This document shows positions 31,901-40,125 of a stretch of DNA of 64,000 nucleotides, in pieces. The notes beneath the pieces are model-generated. The model was not told where the DNA came from. It ran no database searches and worked only from the letters and a program-made list of their open reading frames with translations. A program made the position numbers and the translations under genes. How positions within the stretch are numbered: position 1 is the stretch's first letter; each line of letters starts with the position of its first letter. This DNA is from an uncultured Lentisphaeraceae bacterium (lineage in GTDB: Bacteria > Verrucomicrobiota > Kiritimatiellia > RFP12 > UBA1067). The stretch lies in assembly GCA_964406095.1 (NCBI GenBank), contig CAYOQJ010000039.1, forward strand, positions 103,630-167,629, written 5' to 3'.

Positions 31901-32066
31901 CATTTCTCAGCGTTTCTTGAAAAGGTGGACAGTAGGATTCAAAATAAAGAACCTGCTGAATCCTAAAGTCAAACGTGTTTATCGAATGGAAGATGGCAAT
32001 GAAGCGTTGCGCAGCAGTTATCGCAGAGGTCGCGAGTACAGCATTTCGCTCGCATGTGAATGGTGA
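28959..32066 (+). CDS. TonB-dependent receptor with N-terminal carboxypeptidase-regulatory-like domain
   Basis: PLSGASV, plug IRGL.DRY...LNG, IESI.V.KT, GGAVDI; ARPTF.EL, GNPDL, NLLN; C-terminal aromatic (W). Confidence 0.92.
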   Translation: MRNKIARTGILLRCAAAALATAAANLAAQDADGFGTLRTQVVDADWEAPLSGASVTVVELERVMKSGEDGTVLFNELPFGEYNLLVSAAGFERQLMRGVVINPGTVQQVVVRLAPVYTDMDELVVRDFDVASVGDTVLIELKMESTASFDAVSADTISRAGASDAASALKLVSGATVQDGKYAVIRGLPDRYVNSQLNGVRLPSADADKRAVQLDQFPSAMIESIRVTKTFMPDQQGDATGGAVDIRLKRIPDKFIAKVSVSASHNDQVTGEKMLAARGPGLSYWGDDRGDRARPFRVGAVEQPENSNLSPYVWNRRMTEEDRQRYLESWQTSASQTAAFNDNYRIRYRETEPGTSWNLTLGEVFEPIDDVRFGFLGNFSYKHNYAGYNDGVLNRYMVRKPDEDEEDNFTIGRSNDTGPATYRVREGQESILWGGALTTGFESPWLNIGLTYLRSQATDETVTMIEDRSQLEDNKNMWRQQSVHYSERTTETTLLEVEHPWFFLPEEMDVSLGRDWLIFLPPVTDWSISRNMASQYEPDRALFTEYYNNGYWKPPTGNLPPLERKWRDIEENGRQYLVNQKIPFRIYSGDEGYLKGGYFEDQVRRSYQQDTFEYREGNVGKALEGDPDDMWSDEFITGYPALGPPGELEQGWYIAAGDDDIDYNGQQDIRAWYWMADVPLASFLAVQGGIRVESTEINARMKPSKERYDGNFAVWSLKQNEETGSKYLDGVTVENDEELNAHSPDLERNDRLPALGMRITPLKNLNLRLNWSETVARPTFKELMPVRFKESAAADTYLGNPDLEMSEIENYDLRLEYMPSAGQLLSVSYFYKELLNPIDLRAFSPGGGVEGERFIMPYNYPEGEISGWEFEARQDIGQLWSYARGLTLGFNSTLMESEVVRPADEFQQVQEFGAERTRRMAGQPEYILGTYAIYDIEDWGTSLGLFFNRRGDVLAVGDSVDNGDEYTPCIYEEPLEQLDFTISQRFLKRWTVGFKIKNLLNPKVKRVYRMEDGNEALRSSYRRGREYSISLACEW

Positions 32067-32074
32067 TTTATATA

Positions 32075-32098
32075 GCAGGGACGAATAATTATTTGCCC
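32075..32098 (+). repeat. Single degenerate copy of the GTAG-REP unit
   Basis: GCAGGGACGAATAATTATTTGCCC vs GTAGGGGCGAATAATTATTCGCCC (3 mismatches in 24). Confidence 0.6.
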
Positions 32099-32105
32099 TC
32101 GTTCA

Positions 32106-32879
32106 ATGATGAAAGGTACGAAAATGAAAATGATTAAACTGGCATATCTGATTTCCCTGGTGTCTGCCGCCGCAATGGCGCAGGACTTCCAGGTTTTTGA
32201 TGCACAGAGCGAAAAATTTGAAAAGTGGGTTGAAACACGCAAGCTCATATCCGCAGAACGCGATAACTGGCGTGTCGGAAGCGAGATGCTGCTTTCCCGC
32301 ATCGAACTTGTGGAAAATGAAGGTCAGGAGCTTACAGAACACACCCGCAAACTGAGAGAAGGAGTTTATGATGCCGACAGAGAGCTGCTTGATCTCAGGA
32401 AACAACGCGAGCTGCTGCAGGAATCGGTGGTTGGCCTGACACTGGTTGTTCACGAGATAGAGGTGCGTGTACTTGCTTTGCTGGAGCGCTGTTCCCCGGC
32501 GATCAAAGAACGTGTCAAGCCTCTGTTGCAGCGTATCCCCAAAACGCGTGAATCAAAAAATTCACTGGCGGAACGTTTTCAGAATGTTATCGGTGTTTTG
32601 AATGAGGTCAACAAGTTCGCGCGTGACATAACCGTTTCGAGCGAAGTGAAGGAATTGGCGGATGGCACGACTGCCGAAGTAACCGCTATGTATATCGGTA
32701 TTGGAGCCGGTTACTATTACAACGATAAGGGTAAGATTGCCGGTTATGGTTATCCCGGCGCAACTAACTGGATTTGGCAATCTGACTCCACGTTGGTGCA
32801 ACCGGTTGCCGACGCAGTGGCGATTTTCCGTAACGAGAAACCTGCGGCGTATGTCAGTTTGCCCGTACATTGCGAATAA
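32106..32879 (+). CDS. DUF3450-family (TtpB-like) periplasmic coiled-coil protein
   Basis: Signal peptide, coiled coil, AERFQNV...L.E, YIG.G..YY, W.W, LPV; position before the large ExbB; true start may be a few codons downstream. Confidence 0.8.
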   Translation: MMKGTKMKMIKLAYLISLVSAAAMAQDFQVFDAQSEKFEKWVETRKLISAERDNWRVGSEMLLSRIELVENEGQELTEHTRKLREGVYDADRELLDLRKQRELLQESVVGLTLVVHEIEVRVLALLERCSPAIKERVKPLLQRIPKTRESKNSLAERFQNVIGVLNEVNKFARDITVSSEVKELADGTTAEVTAMYIGIGAGYYYNDKGKIAGYGYPGATNWIWQSDSTLVQPVADAVAIFRNEKPAAYVSLPVHCE

Positions 32880-32976
32880 ACATTCGACCGATATGTAGGG
32901 GCGAATAAACATTCGACCGATATGTAGGGGCGAATAAACATCCGCCCGATATGTAGGGGCGAATAAACATTCGCCC
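32872..32976 (+). repeat. GTAG-REP tandem array 1 (1 partial + 3 copies, 29-bp period)
   Basis: GTAGGGGCGAATAAACATTCG(A/C)CCGATAT at 32895, 32924, 32953. Confidence 0.9.
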
Positions 32977-32991
32977 TCTTTAGGAGAAAAA

Positions 32992-34482
32992 ATGAAGCAA
33001 CTATTAATATTAACATTGACTGCGACCGTGAGCCTCGCACAGAATGCGGTCTCCGTGAGCAACAAGGTGTTCGCAGCGATGAATTCCAAACTGGACACCA
33101 GGTTGGAGGAGAGCCTGCGCGAGTTGTCCGAATTGCGTGCGAAGATAGCTGAGCAGAAAATACCGATGAGCGAGAAGCTCAACCATGCCGAAACGGCTCT
33201 GTCGCAAGCACGGGTTGAATATGATGATGTGCGCCGCGATCTGGATAACCGCACTCTGACTGTGACTACAATTCGAAAAGAGATTGAGCAACGTGAACGT
33301 GAGAAGGATTATCTGACCACGTTACTGGGTGAGTATGTTCGTAACTTTGAAACACGGTTGCATATCTGTGAGATCGAACGTTACAAGCAGATTGTCGAGG
33401 ATGCCAGGCTTGCCCCCGAAGCGGCTGATCTGCACCCGGATGGAGTTTTCGCATTTCAGTTTAATCTTTTGGAAGAGAGTCTGACCAGGGTCGAAGAGCT
33501 GGCTGGCGGCACACATTTTCATGGACGTGCCGCCGGTGAGGATGGGCTGGTTAAACCGGGAGAGTTTCTTTTCCTCGGGCCAATTGCTCTCTTTGCATCA
33601 GATGACGGAAGCTTGGCCGGAGTGGCCGATCAGCGGCTTGGTTCGCTTGAGCCGACGGTTGAACCTTTTGATGATCGCACCATGACGGATATGACCGCGC
33701 AGACCGTTAAAAAACGGAGTGGCTGGATCCCATTCGATGCATCACTCGGCAACGCCCGCAAGATAGAGCAGACCCGTGAGACCCTGAAAGAGCATATCGC
33801 CAAGGGTGGTGCGGTCATGTATCCTCTGCTGGGTTCCGCCGCTCTGGCGGCTCTGATAGCTTCGGTCAAATGGCTTACGCTTGCCTTTGTGATCATGCCG
33901 CGTCGCAGCCGTCTACGTGCTTTTAGCCAGGCGGTAAGGGATAAAAATTTTGATCAGGCGCGTGAGCTGGCTGAAAAACTCGGCGGCCCGGCCGGACGTA
34001 TGTTGCGGTCCGGTGCGCAGCGTCTTGGACAGTCGCGGGAAGTTGTTGAAGAGGCGATGTATGAGGTGGTTATGGATGCGCGCTTCCGCTTGAACCGGAT
34101 GCTGCCGGTCGTCGCTGTAACAGCTTCGTGCGCTCCGCTTTTGGGACTTCTGGGCACTGTTACCGGCATTATCAACACCTTCAAGCTGATTACGGTTTTC
34201 GGTTCGGGCGATGTTAAGATGCTCTCATCCGGTATATCTGAAGCACTGATTACAACTGAGTTCGGTCTGATAGTGGCTATCCCCTCCATTCTGATGTATG
34301 CCTTCCTTTCGCGTAAAGTGAAAAGTATAGTCGACAAACTGGAAAAACTGGCGATTCAGATGCTCAACGACCTGATGCTTGAACAATCACCTCCGCCGGA
34401 TGACGAGTCCGGCAAGGAACTTCCTGAATCGGACGCTGAGCAGCATCATCATATTGAAGCTGTTGCTTCCGCTCTCGGATGA
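32992..34482 (+). CDS. Large MotA/TolQ/ExbB proton-channel protein (TtpC-like)
   Basis: Signal peptide, periplasmic coiled coil, GG.VMYPL, APLLGLLGTVTGII.TF, GISEALITTEFGL. Confidence 0.9.
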   Translation: MKQLLILTLTATVSLAQNAVSVSNKVFAAMNSKLDTRLEESLRELSELRAKIAEQKIPMSEKLNHAETALSQARVEYDDVRRDLDNRTLTVTTIRKEIEQREREKDYLTTLLGEYVRNFETRLHICEIERYKQIVEDARLAPEAADLHPDGVFAFQFNLLEESLTRVEELAGGTHFHGRAAGEDGLVKPGEFLFLGPIALFASDDGSLAGVADQRLGSLEPTVEPFDDRTMTDMTAQTVKKRSGWIPFDASLGNARKIEQTRETLKEHIAKGGAVMYPLLGSAALAALIASVKWLTLAFVIMPRRSRLRAFSQAVRDKNFDQARELAEKLGGPAGRMLRSGAQRLGQSREVVEEAMYEVVMDARFRLNRMLPVVAVTASCAPLLGLLGTVTGIINTFKLITVFGSGDVKMLSSGISEALITTEFGLIVAIPSILMYAFLSRKVKSIVDKLEKLAIQMLNDLMLEQSPPPDDESGKELPESDAEQHHHIEAVASALG

Positions 34483-34538
34483 TTGCTGGGACGGTTCGGC
34501 ACTTCTAACGGATGAAAGTCAACTCAGAGGTTAAAACC

Positions 34539-35171
34539 ATGGATATTGAAAGCTGCAGGGAAATATATACAGAGGCTTGTGAGATATGGCAGGCGGGCGG
34601 ATGGGCCATGATAGCACTGGCGGTCAACGCTTTGATTCTGTTCGCTGTTGGCTCAGCTCTTTTTCTGCGTCAGCTCGGACGCGGAACCGTCGGTAACGCG
34701 CAACGTGCATGGGAACGCTGGCGCAAACGTCCGGTTCGCCGGACGATGTCGGCCTCCATAATAAATCAGGCAATGCGCATCAGAAGCGTGGACGGAGTGC
34801 GCAGTTTTTTCGATCACTACCGCTATGAAGAGATGGCTCCCTTTGAGCGTGATCTTGAGGTAATGAAGGTGGCTGTTGGCACCGCGCCGCTGTTGGGGTT
34901 GCTCGGTACGGTTACCGGTATGCTGGCGACCTTCTTTGGTCTGGCTGAAGGCGGTGGCGGAGACAAAACCATGAACATGATAGCAGGCGGCATATCGGAG
35001 GCTCTGATTACGACAGAAACCGGACTGGTGATCGCCCTGGTCGGCATGATTTTTCAGTTTGTTCTTGCACGGCAGCACGAGCATTTTGAAACGTTTATCG
35101 CACATCTTGAAAATTTGTGCGTGCAATCCGTAGGGGCGAATAACATTCGCCCGATGTGTAGGGGCGAATAA
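34539..35171 (+). CDS. exbB: ExbB/TolQ family protein; C-terminus encoded by REP repeats
   Basis: GGWAM, APLLGLLGTVTGML.TF, GISEALITTETGL; tail [13 protein letters not shown] comes from the repeat. Confidence 0.88.
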   Translation: MDIESCREIYTEACEIWQAGGWAMIALAVNALILFAVGSALFLRQLGRGTVGNAQRAWERWRKRPVRRTMSASIINQAMRIRSVDGVRSFFDHYRYEEMAPFERDLEVMKVAVGTAPLLGLLGTVTGMLATFFGLAEGGGGDKTMNMIAGGISEALITTETGLVIALVGMIFQFVLARQHEHFETFIAHLENLCVQSVGANNIRPMCRGE

Positions 35172-35237
35172 CATTCGCCCGATGTGTAGGGGCGAATAAC
35201 ATTCGCCCGATGTGTAGGGGCGAATAATTATTCGCCC
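35130..35237 (+). repeat. GTAG-REP tandem array 2 (4 copies, 28-bp period)
   Basis: GTAGGGGCGAATAACATTCGCCCGATGT at 35130, 35158, 35186, 35214; last copy is the perfect palindrome GGGCGAATAATTATTCGCCC. Confidence 0.92.
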
Positions 35238-35254
35238 TTATTGAAAGGAACCCC

Positions 35255-35680
35255 ATGAGCAGATTCAGAAGTTTCAGTGATGCTCCCACGCAGGATGCTC
35301 CCACGCAGGATGCTGCGATTGATGTATCGCCGCTGATGGATTGTGTTTTCATTTTGTTGATATTTTTCATTGTGACCACCACCTTTGTGGAAGAGCCTGG
35401 TGTTGAAGTTGACCGTCCCAGGGCTGCATCTGCGGAGCGGCTGAAGAAAAACTCAGTACTGATAGCGGTAACGGATGAAGGAGCGGTGGTTTACGGCGGG
35501 CGCGAGATTGGCCTGGCTGGTGTACGTTCACTGGTGACCCGTCTGCTGGCCAAGGAGGTGCTGCCGGTGATCATTCAGAGCGATGGTGCCGCATCATCCG
35601 GTCTGTTGGTACGTGTGATCGGTGAAGCCAAGCTGGCTGGCGCGGAAAAAATATCGGTTGCCACCCGTAGGGGCGAATAA
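35255..35680 (+). CDS. exbD: Biopolymer transporter ExbD (copy 1)
   Basis: [29 protein letters not shown]; contains a 15-bp tandem duplication (DAPTQ x2, 35279-35308). Confidence 0.9.
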   Translation: MSRFRSFSDAPTQDAPTQDAAIDVSPLMDCVFILLIFFIVTTTFVEEPGVEVDRPRAASAERLKKNSVLIAVTDEGAVVYGGREIGLAGVRSLVTRLLAKEVLPVIIQSDGAASSGLLVRVIGEAKLAGAEKISVATRRGE

Positions 35681-35802
35681 CATTCGTCCGATATGTAGGG
35701 GCGAATAACATTCGCCCGATATGTAGGGGCGAATAACATTCGTCCGATATGTAGGGGCGAATAACATTCGTCCGATATGTAGGGGCGAATAATTATTCGC
35801 CC
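35667..35802 (+). repeat. GTAG-REP tandem array 3 (5 copies, 28-bp period)
   Basis: Units at 35667, 35695, 35723, 35751, 35779. Confidence 0.92.
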
Positions 35803-35819
35803 TTATTGAAAGGAACCCC

Positions 35820-36221
35820 ATGAGCAGATTCAGAAGTTTCAGAGATAACGAATCCGATTCCGCGACCATCGATGTATCGCCGTTGATGGATTGTGTTTTC
35901 ATTCTGTTGATATTTTTCATTGTGACCACCACATTTATTGATGAGTCTGGTATTGATCTGGATAAACCGCAGGCGGCCGCATCCATGAACACGGAAACTA
36001 AGTCAATCATGCTGACGCTCACCGCAAAGGGCGAGGTGAGTTATGAAAAACGTGAAATCGCAATAGCCGGAGTGCGCAATCTAATCCGGGAGAAGCTTGC
36101 TGATAAGGAGCAACCGGTAATTATACAAAGTGCTGACAAAACACCGGTTTCTCTGTTGGTACGAGTGGTTGATGAGGCCAGGCTTGGCGGAGCTGAAAGG
36201 GTTTCAGTGGGTGCCAGATAA
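35820..36221 (+). CDS. exbD: Biopolymer transporter ExbD (copy 2)
   Basis: Same TM motif [23 protein letters not shown]. Confidence 0.9.
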   Translation: MSRFRSFRDNESDSATIDVSPLMDCVFILLIFFIVTTTFIDESGIDLDKPQAAASMNTETKSIMLTLTAKGEVSYEKREIAIAGVRNLIREKLADKEQPVIIQSADKTPVSLLVRVVDEARLGGAERVSVGAR

Positions 36222-36264
36222 AATCGGCGGCGACGCGCTTTGTCCGCCCAGCAGAAAGTATTAA

Positions 36265-36924
36265 ATGTCAGTGTTTTTTAAAGCGATAATTGTGTTTTTC
36301 AGAACCCTGTTTGTGGCAATTTTTGCTGTTGCCATAACGCTAGCGATTTTTATGCTGCTACCTGTGCTACAGCACATCGCTAAAGCACCGCAGGCAGATA
36401 CCGATTTGCGAACTGTGGATGTGGCTGCCCTGCCACCGCCTCCAGCACCTGAGATTGAGGAGCCGCCGGAGGAGCCGGAGCCGGAGGAAGAGCCGCCGAA
36501 ACTGAATGAACAGGATGCGCCTCTTGATCTGGCCCAACTGGAGCTGGCGTTGAATCCCGGTTTCGGAAGCGGGGTCGGCGATTTTGCGGTGAAACTGAAT
36601 GATGGAAAGGGTGTTGATCGCAAAGAGGCGGAGGCCGTTTTTTCACTCGAAGACCTCGACCAGCCACCGCGGGTCAGACGTCAGATTGCACCGGAGTATC
36701 CAGCGGAGTTGCGCAGAAAAAAACTGTCCGGAACGGTGTATGTAATTTTTATTGTAAATAAACAGGGACGCGTCGAGCAGGCCAAGGTTCAGAAATCGAC
36801 CAACCCGGCCTTTGATGCCCCCGCGTTAAAGGCGGTCAAACGGTGGCGTTTTGAACCGGGTCGCAAGAATGGAAAACCGGTTCAATTCAGAATGCGTGTG
36901 CCGATAACATTTGCAGCGCAGTAG
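36265..36924 (+). CDS. tonB: Energy transducer TonB
   Basis: N-terminal TM, Pro/Glu-rich linker, YP.., G.V.V.F.V...GRV, WRFEPG..NGKPV. Confidence 0.92.
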   Translation: MSVFFKAIIVFFRTLFVAIFAVAITLAIFMLLPVLQHIAKAPQADTDLRTVDVAALPPPPAPEIEEPPEEPEPEEEPPKLNEQDAPLDLAQLELALNPGFGSGVGDFAVKLNDGKGVDRKEAEAVFSLEDLDQPPRVRRQIAPEYPAELRRKKLSGTVYVIFIVNKQGRVEQAKVQKSTNPAFDAPALKAVKRWRFEPGRKNGKPVQFRMRVPITFAAQ

Positions 36925-37001
36925 GGGCGAATAACATGCGACCGATATGTAGGGGCGAATAAACATTCGACCGATATGTAGGGGCGAATAATCATTCGCC
37001 C
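36921..37001 (+). repeat. GTAG-REP tandem array 4 (3 copies, 28/29 bp)
   Basis: Units at 36921, 36949, 36978; the first TAG is the tonB stop codon. Confidence 0.9.
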
Positions 37002-37016
37002 TCTTTAGGAGAAAAA

Positions 37017-38405
37017 ATGAAGAAACAAATGATGAAACTGTTGGCCGCCGCAGTCGCTTTCAGCGCTGCCGCTGAAATCAGGCATGATCCTAAAATCTGG
37101 CAGGATGCCGCCTTTCAGCGGGCGTTCATGGGCTCTTACGGTGTGAAAACGGATATTGAACCGACTGTCAGTAGCGTTGAACGCGAGGATATGGAAAAGA
37201 TAATGCAGTTGATGTCCGAAGAAAAAGAGCCGGAAAAAAATGTGGCAAAGGCAAAGAAGTTGCTGATGAAAAATCTGGGAGATGCTAGCAGTGCCATCTT
37301 TGATTTCACCTTAGCAAACATAGCTTTCCAGGATGACAATCATGATGAGGCTTTTAAATACTACCAGAGTGCGGTGAACAAATTTCCCTCTTTTCAGCGT
37401 GCCTGGAAGAATATGGGTCTGATCGGTGTGCGTAAAGGCAATTATGCTGAGGCGATTAGAGCATTGACGCGTGCGATTGAGCTGGGAGCTGTTGAAGGCT
37501 ACTCATTCGGTCTGCTCGGATTTGCCTACTTTTCAACCGGTGATTACTTATCATCCGAGAGTGCTTATCGCCAGGCCATGCTGATGCAACCGGTTAATCT
37601 GGATTGGAAACTGGGGTTGTTGCGAACCCTCTATAAGCAGCGTCGCTTTGGTGAAGTTGCTGCGTTGTGCGAGACCCTGATTGCGCAGAATCCTGAAAAA
37701 AAGGATTACTGGTTGATGCGCGCCAACGCCTTTCTGGGAATGAATCAGCAGCTCAAGGCGGCTGAAATATATGAGCTGCTGGCGATGGAGGAGCAGGCTT
37801 CCGGAAAGGTGCTTAACATGTTGGGTGATATCTATGTTAACGAGCAGCAGTACTCAATGGCAGCTGAAGCTTATCTGAGGGCCACATCTGTTGCTGAAGA
37901 TGCTGCTGAGCCGGCGACGATTATTCGAAACTGTGAGGTGCTGCTGGCACGTGGTGCTTATAATGAGACACGCATTGTGATGGCTGCACTCGAACCGGCA
38001 GATCAGACTGCGATCACCGATGAACTCAAGAAGCGCGTTCTTAAACTGGAGGCACGTTTGGCGGCGAACGAGGGCATGACCGATGAGCAACATGTTGAAA
38101 TACTCAGGCGCATCGTCGAGCTCGATCCGCTTGATGGCGAAGCATTGATTTTGTTGGGACAGTATCACGGGCGCAATGATAAAACTGAAGATGCCGTGTT
38201 CTGTTTTGAAAGAGCAGCCGGTATAGAGCGGTTTGAGGCCGATGCCACTCTGCGGCATGGTCAGCTGCTGGTTAGGGAGGGACGCTATGACGAGGCCCTT
38301 GTCCTGCTTAAACGATCGGTGGAGATCCGACCACGGGATGATGTGCAGCGTTATATCGAACAAGTTGAACGTGTCTCTCGGCGTCGGGCACTTTACAAAA
38401 ATTAA
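37017..38405 (+). CDS. Periplasmic TPR protein (TtpD-like) of the TonB operon
   Basis: Signal peptide and multiple TPR motifs. Confidence 0.85.
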   Translation: MKKQMMKLLAAAVAFSAAAEIRHDPKIWQDAAFQRAFMGSYGVKTDIEPTVSSVEREDMEKIMQLMSEEKEPEKNVAKAKKLLMKNLGDASSAIFDFTLANIAFQDDNHDEAFKYYQSAVNKFPSFQRAWKNMGLIGVRKGNYAEAIRALTRAIELGAVEGYSFGLLGFAYFSTGDYLSSESAYRQAMLMQPVNLDWKLGLLRTLYKQRRFGEVAALCETLIAQNPEKKDYWLMRANAFLGMNQQLKAAEIYELLAMEEQASGKVLNMLGDIYVNEQQYSMAAEAYLRATSVAEDAAEPATIIRNCEVLLARGAYNETRIVMAALEPADQTAITDELKKRVLKLEARLAANEGMTDEQHVEILRRIVELDPLDGEALILLGQYHGRNDKTEDAVFCFERAAGIERFEADATLRHGQLLVREGRYDEALVLLKRSVEIRPRDDVQRYIEQVERVSRRRALYKN

Positions 38406-38445
38406 ACAACTCCTCAACAACTTTCAAACAAAGTTCTGTTTTAAT
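38403..38445 (+). promoter_or_regulatory. Three 11-bp-period nnAACA repeats plus extended -10 (second PhoB/PhoP-like promoter candidate)
   Basis: TAAACA 38403, TCAACA 38414, CAAACA 38425; TG-T-TTTAAT at 38437-38445; same 9-bp gap as at 25470. Confidence 0.45.
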
Positions 38446-38648
38446 GAGATTATCAATTCAGAACGGATCGCTAGGAGCGCGTCTTTTCTCTTACGAGTTT
38501 TTCTTTTCCGCGGGCTCCCAACACGCCGGGTGGCGGGTTGTCGTTCTGACAGAAGAGCGGCGTGTGATTTTATCACAGGCCGCTCTTGTTTATTTTTACC
38601 GCATTGTTTATACTACCGGCTCGTTTTTTTCAGGACAAAGGAGATGTG

Positions 38649-39881
38649 ATGGGCAAAGAAGTTAAAAAAGTTGGAATCCTGACTGCTGGTGGTCTGGCTC
38701 CCTGTTTGAGTGCCGCTATCGGTTATCTGATTGATGAATACACACGCGTGGCGCCGAAGATTGAAATTGTCGGTTATGTCAACGGTTATATGGGGTTGCT
38801 CAAAGGCGACAGCATTCCGGTTACTCCTGAAATTCGTGAACAGGCTCTTGTGCTCACCGAACATGGTGGAAGCCCGATCGGCAACAGCCGTGTTAAATTG
38901 ACCAATGTCAAGGATTGCCTGCGTCGTGGTCTGGTGCAGGATGGACAGGATCCGCAGCGGGTCGCGGCGGAGCAGCTTGTTAAGGATGGTGTGGATGTGC
39001 TGCATACAATTGGCGGCGATGACACCAATACCGCCGCGGCGGATTTGGCCGCATATCTGGCGAAGCATGATTACGGCCTGACTGTGGTTGGTCTGCCCAA
39101 AACAATCGATAACGATGTCTATCCGATTCGCCAGAGTTTAGGGGCTTGGACTGCGGCGGAGGAGGGTGCGCGTTATTTTGCCAATGTTGTCAAAGAGAAC
39201 TCAGCCAATCCGCGTATGCTGATTGTACACGAGGTGATGGGACGCAACTGCGGTTGGCTTACCGCCGCCACCGCCGTTGAATACCGCAAGCGCTTGATCG
39301 CGTCGTCGCGCCTGCCGGGCTTCGGACTCACTATTGAGCGCGAAGATGTGCACGCTGTGTATGTGCCGGAGATGTCGTTTGATATCGCCAGTGAAGCTGA
39401 GCGTCTGCGGCATGTGATGGATGCCAATGACAGCGTTAATATCTTTGTCTCCGAGGGTGCCTGCCTTGATTCAATTATTGCCGAGATGGAGTCTCGTGGC
39501 CAAGAGGTGCTACGCGACGCTTTTGGCCATCCGCGTCTGGATAAGGTTAATGTCGGCAACTGGTTTGCTAAACAGTTCGGCGAAATGCTCGGTGCTGAAA
39601 AAACCATGGTGCAAAAAAGCGGCTACTACAGTCGAGCCGCCGCACCGATCGCTAAGGATAAAGAGTTGATCAGCGCCTGCGCCAAAAAGGCGGTCGAGTG
39701 TGCCCTGGCCGGTATCGGTGGCGTGGTCGGCGAGGATGAGAATCGCAACGGCGAGTTGCGCGCCTGTGAGTTTGACCGCATTAAAGGCGGCAAGCCTTAC
39801 GATATAGATGATCCCGCTTTCAGCCAGTTGCTGGCGAATATCGGTCAACCCAAGGGCGATAAGATATCAGTCAGCCATTAA
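38649..39881 (+). CDS. pfp: Pyrophosphate-dependent phosphofructokinase
   Basis: AGGLAPC, GGDDT (Asp, PPi-type), PKTIDND, EVMGR; SD AAGGAG. Confidence 0.93.
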   Translation: MGKEVKKVGILTAGGLAPCLSAAIGYLIDEYTRVAPKIEIVGYVNGYMGLLKGDSIPVTPEIREQALVLTEHGGSPIGNSRVKLTNVKDCLRRGLVQDGQDPQRVAAEQLVKDGVDVLHTIGGDDTNTAAADLAAYLAKHDYGLTVVGLPKTIDNDVYPIRQSLGAWTAAEEGARYFANVVKENSANPRMLIVHEVMGRNCGWLTAATAVEYRKRLIASSRLPGFGLTIEREDVHAVYVPEMSFDIASEAERLRHVMDANDSVNIFVSEGACLDSIIAEMESRGQEVLRDAFGHPRLDKVNVGNWFAKQFGEMLGAEKTMVQKSGYYSRAAAPIAKDKELISACAKKAVECALAGIGGVVGEDENRNGELRACEFDRIKGGKPYDIDDPAFSQLLANIGQPKGDKISVSH

Positions 39882-39950
39882 CCGCCACCTGCAAAGGCCG
39901 GTGCTTGTCCGTTGTAGTCGTGGCGAAGGCGGAACTCACGGGCTGTTAGC

Positions 39951-40073
39951 GACCACCATCTGTAGGGCCGGTGCCCTCCCCGGCCTTTATCGACCACCAT
40001 CTGTAGGGCCGGTGCCCTTCCCGGCCATATTCCCGGCTGACCACCATCTGTAGGGCCGGTGCCCTTCCCGGCC
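39951..40073 (+). repeat. Second GTAG-REP family: three direct 35-bp copies
   Basis: GACCACCATCTGTAGGGCCGGTGCCCT(C/T)CCCGGCC at 39951, 39992, 40039 (GGCCGG/CCGGCC hairpin); degenerate copy near 39881. Confidence 0.85.
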
Positions 40074-40125
40074 ATATTCTCTCCCGGCGGGGTCACCCGC
40101 CAATGTAGTGTTGGCTCTAAGAGCC

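Noticed and set aside
32872-37001. 28/29-bp arrays as CRISPR repeats or integron attC sites
   Set aside because: Head-to-tail with no spacers; no RYYYAAC/GTTRRRY attC ends or integrase; the flanked genes form one coherent operon
39951-40073. 35-bp repeats as a mini-CRISPR
   Set aside because: Linkers are only 6 and 12 bp and partly repeat-derived
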